Translations under genes and position numbers: made by a program
Source of the DNA: an uncultured Candidatus Saccharibacteria bacterium
GTDB lineage: Bacteria > Patescibacteriota > Andersenbacteria > UBA10190
NCBI GenBank assembly: GCA_964610055.1
Contig: CAZSUC010000001.1
Coordinates: 287,994 to 351,993, forward strand
DNA: 64,000 nucleotides
Direction: 5' to 3'
Notes under the pieces: model-generated
Databases searched by the model: none
Seen by the model: the letters and a program-made list of their open reading frames with translations, nothing else
Told to the model about the DNA's origin: nothing
Shown here: positions 61,162 to 64,000 of the stretch, piece after piece
How positions within the stretch are numbered: the stretch's first letter is position 1
Layout: the number at the start of each line of letters is the position of its first letter

Positions 61162-62280
61162 ATGACTTTTCGGGACATTGTAAAATCAATTGATTGGGTG
61201 ATTCTTGGTGCCGCCATTCTTTTAGTTTTGATTGGGCTTGCCATGCTCTTTAGCTCGACTTATGAGCAGGGAGTTACTTCTCGTTTTATTCGCCAAATCA
61301 TTTCCTTCGCTTTAGCCTTTGGACTTTGTTTTTTTGTGATTCGTCTTCCGTATCACTTCTTACGTTCTTTTGCTATACCTATTTATGCCTTCGGTTTATT
61401 CGGCTTATTAGCCGTTGCTTTAACCGCTCAAATCATTCGCGGCACCGCCAGTCGTCTTGTGGTTTTTGGATTTCAGTTACAACCGTCTGAACTGATGAAA
61501 GTCGCTCTTATTATTGGTTTATCTGCTTATCTATCTCGTTTTCAGCGCATCACTGGCCGAAATTTCCTGCTGAGCACTCTTATTACCGGTATCCCAGTTG
61601 TTCTAGTTGCTCTTGAACCTGATTTAGGCATGTCTGCCTCACTTTTAATTATCTGGGCTGGTTTACTCTTTTTTCTTGGCATTCCTTGGAAATATATTTT
61701 CCTTTTAGTTGGCGCCAGCATCGGTGCCTTCTTATCTGCTTGGCGTTGGTGGTTTGCGCCTTATCAAAAAGCCCGCCTGCTGGTTTTTTTAGATCCAACT
61801 CGTGATCCTTTAGGCGCTGGCTATAACATTGTTCAGTCCATTATTGCTTTTGGATCAGGTCGTATTCTTGGTCGCGGCTTAGGTCATGGCCCCCAGTCTC
61901 AACTTAAATTTTTACCCGAGCAGCACACCGATTTTATTCTCGCCAGCATTGGCGAAGAGCTAGGCTTTATCGGTATTGCCCTCGTTTTAGTTTTATACGG
62001 CATTATTCTTTTCCGTATTTTGTCCATCATCAAACGTACAAATGACAGCTTTGGTCAGCTGTTAGCCGCCGGAGTATTTGTTTCTATATTATCCAGCCTG
62101 GCTGTTGCGGCTGGTATGAATATGGGTATCGTACCTGTCACCGGTATTCCTTTGCCGTTCCTTAGCTACGGCGGTTCCAGCCTTATTAGCACTTTCTTAC
62201 TGCTTGGCTTGGTTGAATCTGTTCATGTTTATGGTAAATGGGTTCAAGCTCCGCCCACAGAGATCAGCCATTTGTCCTAA
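61162..62280 (+). CDS. ftsW: SEDS-family peptidoglycan glycosyltransferase (FtsW/RodA)
   Basis: 372 aa with about 10 TM segments. Conserved FLPEQHTDFILA and GIVPVTGIPLPFLSYGGSS motifs. Confidence 0.85.
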   Translation: MTFRDIVKSIDWVILGAAILLVLIGLAMLFSSTYEQGVTSRFIRQIISFALAFGLCFFVIRLPYHFLRSFAIPIYAFGLFGLLAVALTAQIIRGTASRLVVFGFQLQPSELMKVALIIGLSAYLSRFQRITGRNFLLSTLITGIPVVLVALEPDLGMSASLLIIWAGLLFFLGIPWKYIFLLVGASIGAFLSAWRWWFAPYQKARLLVFLDPTRDPLGAGYNIVQSIIAFGSGRILGRGLGHGPQSQLKFLPEQHTDFILASIGEELGFIGIALVLVLYGIILFRILSIIKRTNDSFGQLLAAGVFVSILSSLAVAAGMNMGIVPVTGIPLPFLSYGGSSLISTFLLLGLVESVHVYGKWVQAPPTEISHLS

Positions 62281-62288
62281 TATTTTTT

Positions 62289-62981
62289 ATGTTGCCTCTG
62301 TCCAGTTTATCTCTTGTCTTGCCAGCCTATAACGAAGAGGGGGCTATTCAATCAGTCCTCAGCCAAGCAGTCCTTTATTTACGTCAACATGTTCGCAAAT
62401 TTGAAATCATCGTTGTCAATGACGGTTCTTCTGATCGCACCGCTGCCTTAGTTTGTCAAGTTCAAACTAACTTTTCTGAAATCAAACTGATTGAGCACGC
62501 TCAAAATCGCGGCTATGGGGAAGCTTTACGCACCGGCTTTAACGCTGCTCGTTATGACTGGATATTGCTTATGGATTCTGATGGTCAATTCGATATTCAT
62601 AGTTTGTCAGAGTTCTCTCGTTATACTTCCTCTGCCGATTTAATTATTGGTCGTCGTTTACATCGCCAAGACCCTTTAATTCGTATTTGGATGACTAGGG
62701 GATATAACTTGCTGGTTATGTTGCTTTTTGGTTTGCCATACGACTTTGGCTGCGCTTTCAAGTTGTTTCGTCGCTCCTCTTGGCAGCGTATTCAACCCAT
62801 CCATGCTCGTGATCACAAAGTCTTTTCCGTGGAATGGTTACTCAAATCTCATCAGGCCGGTTTACAAATTCACGAACTCCCAGTTAAACATTTGCCCCGG
62901 ATAACTGGTCAACCAACTGGCATGCGTCTCGATGTTATCCGAGCCATGGTGGTTGAACTTATTCGTCTGCGCTTATCATGA
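62289..62981 (+). CDS. GT2 glycosyltransferase, polyprenol-phosphate sugar synthase (Dpm1/GtrB-like)
   Basis: LSLVLPAYNEEGAI, VVNDGSSD and LMDSDGQ (DxD) motifs. C-terminal amphipathic segment. Confidence 0.8.
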   Translation: MLPLSSLSLVLPAYNEEGAIQSVLSQAVLYLRQHVRKFEIIVVNDGSSDRTAALVCQVQTNFSEIKLIEHAQNRGYGEALRTGFNAARYDWILLMDSDGQFDIHSLSEFSRYTSSADLIIGRRLHRQDPLIRIWMTRGYNLLVMLLFGLPYDFGCAFKLFRRSSWQRIQPIHARDHKVFSVEWLLKSHQAGLQIHELPVKHLPRITGQPTGMRLDVIRAMVVELIRLRLS

Positions 62982-64000
62982 CTCCTGCTTGTTTCACTTC
63001 TCTCTCCTCGCTCAAATTACGTTGCCGTAATTTTTGTCGCACTGAAACCGCTCGGGCCTTTGGCGTTATTATCGGAATTAAATCACTAATCTTTCTCTTT
63101 GCGTTTATCGCGTATCCGCTTGTAAGCCGTAAAATTCCGCCTACAGATATTTGGGACTACTTAATTTTACTCTGGAATCGCTGGGATGCTCTAAACTATT
63201 TACAAATCGCCAGTAATTGGTATGTCACCAACGGTCCCGGAGAAAATCTGATTGCTTTTTATCCGTTTTTTCCTCTTCTGATTCGATCATTCAGTCGTAT
63301 TTTTTCTAATTTAACTGCTATTGCTTTTATTGTTGCCAATCTTGCTTCTGTGCTCGGCCTGTATGCTTTTTATGCTTTAGCCCGACTTGATTTTAATCGC
63401 CGTCAATCACTCACTATTTTATGTACGCTTCTTTTATTTCCGACCGCCTACTTCTTTAACGCTCCTTATACTGAAGGCCTTTTCCTTTTGTTTGCCGCCA
63501 GTTCTTTATATCTCGCCCGCAAACGTTTATGGTTGTCCGCTGTTATTTTAGCTGGCGTGGCTTCTTTAACACGCGTTTTAGGACTCGCTCTTTTTCCCGC
63601 TTTATTAATTGAACTTTGTCTGCAAATTCGTCATCGCCAAACCAAATGGTACAACGTTTTTCTTCTGTCAGTCATTCCGTTAATTTTCAGTTATTACCTT
63701 TACATCAATCACACAATTACCGGATCTATTTTTGGTTTTCGCGCGGCCATCCAATCCGGCTGGAGTAAATCCTTCGCTTGGCCCTGGCAAAGTTTGTGGT
63801 TAACCTGGCAGCAAGTTCATCCCTTTCCTTGGTCAGAATACGTTTTAACTAACGGTGTCTTTGAACTGCTGGCCGGTTTAGCATTGCTTATTGCGTGTTA
63901 TTTTTCTTTTCGTAAACTTCGTTTGACTTACACCGCTTTTATTGCTGCCGCAACTTTTATTATTTTATCAACCTCTCATTTAATGAGCACCCCGCGTTAT
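62978..64000 (+). CDS. GT-C fold mannosyltransferase-like integral membrane protein (PIG-V/DUF2029-like), truncated by the window end
   Basis: ATG at 62978 overlaps the upstream stop (ATGA). No stop before the window end. WDALNYLQIASNWY matches the RWDSGWYLSIAENGY pattern. More than 8 TM segments. Confidence 0.5.
   Translation, partial: MTPACFTSLSSLKLRCRNFCRTETARAFGVIIGIKSLIFLFAFIAYPLVSRKIPPTDIWDYLILLWNRWDALNYLQIASNWYVTNGPGENLIAFYPFFPLLIRSFSRIFSNLTAIAFIVANLASVLGLYAFYALARLDFNRRQSLTILCTLLLFPTAYFFNAPYTEGLFLLFAASSLYLARKRLWLSAVILAGVASLTRVLGLALFPALLIELCLQIRHRQTKWYNVFLLSVIPLIFSYYLYINHTITGSIFGFRAAIQSGWSKSFAWPWQSLWLTWQQVHPFPWSEYVLTNGVFELLAGLALLIACYFSFRKLRLTYTAFIAAATFIILSTSHLMSTPRY

Overview
This 64 kb window looks like a reduced-genome, low-GC (roughly 45%) bacterium using the standard genetic code. 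Genes are tightly packed, often overlapping, and mostly housekeeping: clpC, recX, htpX, lemA, ligA, gatCAB, gpmI, pheST, gyrB, secE-nusG-rplKA, glyA, folA/folC, miaA, thrS and dnaE. A monoderm or Patescibacteria/CPR-like origin is an inference. The largest functional block is a complete type IV pilus locus (13.8-24.9 kb) with pilMNO, pilB, a CheY-type receiver, pilT, pilC, two major pilins, pilD and four minor pilins; no secretin gene is present. A dTMP/folate cluster (39.3-47.8 kb) carries tandem thymidylate-kinase paralogs, a nucleoside 2-deoxyribosyltransferase-like gene, dut, dcd, glyA, a Cys-rich unknown, folA, a double-domain ThyX-like gene and folC. Four tRNAs are present: Arg(GCG by my reading), Ser(GGA), Met/Ile2(CAT) and Asp(GTC). 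Several things are not explained by the protein genes. A roughly 390-nt structured non-coding element lies between gyrB and secE; its ends form a perfect 14-bp long-range helix and it carries RNase P RNA-like motifs, so I propose it as a candidate rnpB. Three GC-elevated islands of one or two genes (about 5.1-5.7 kb, 47.9-48.7 kb, 54.25-55.6 kb) are each bounded by strong hairpins at convergent-gene or tRNA junctions. One of them encodes an N-terminal domain resembling the Gemmata/Myxococcus repeat-companion domain TIGR02996. A GC-rich structured spacer follows the tRNA-Arg/Ser pair. A possible small RNA with its own promoter and terminator sits upstream of the tRNA-Met/Asp operon. An NhaD/ArsB-type permease is split by a frameshift. 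Two secreted proteins carry DUF4214-like motifs. No CRISPR array, rRNA, transposase or integrase was seen.
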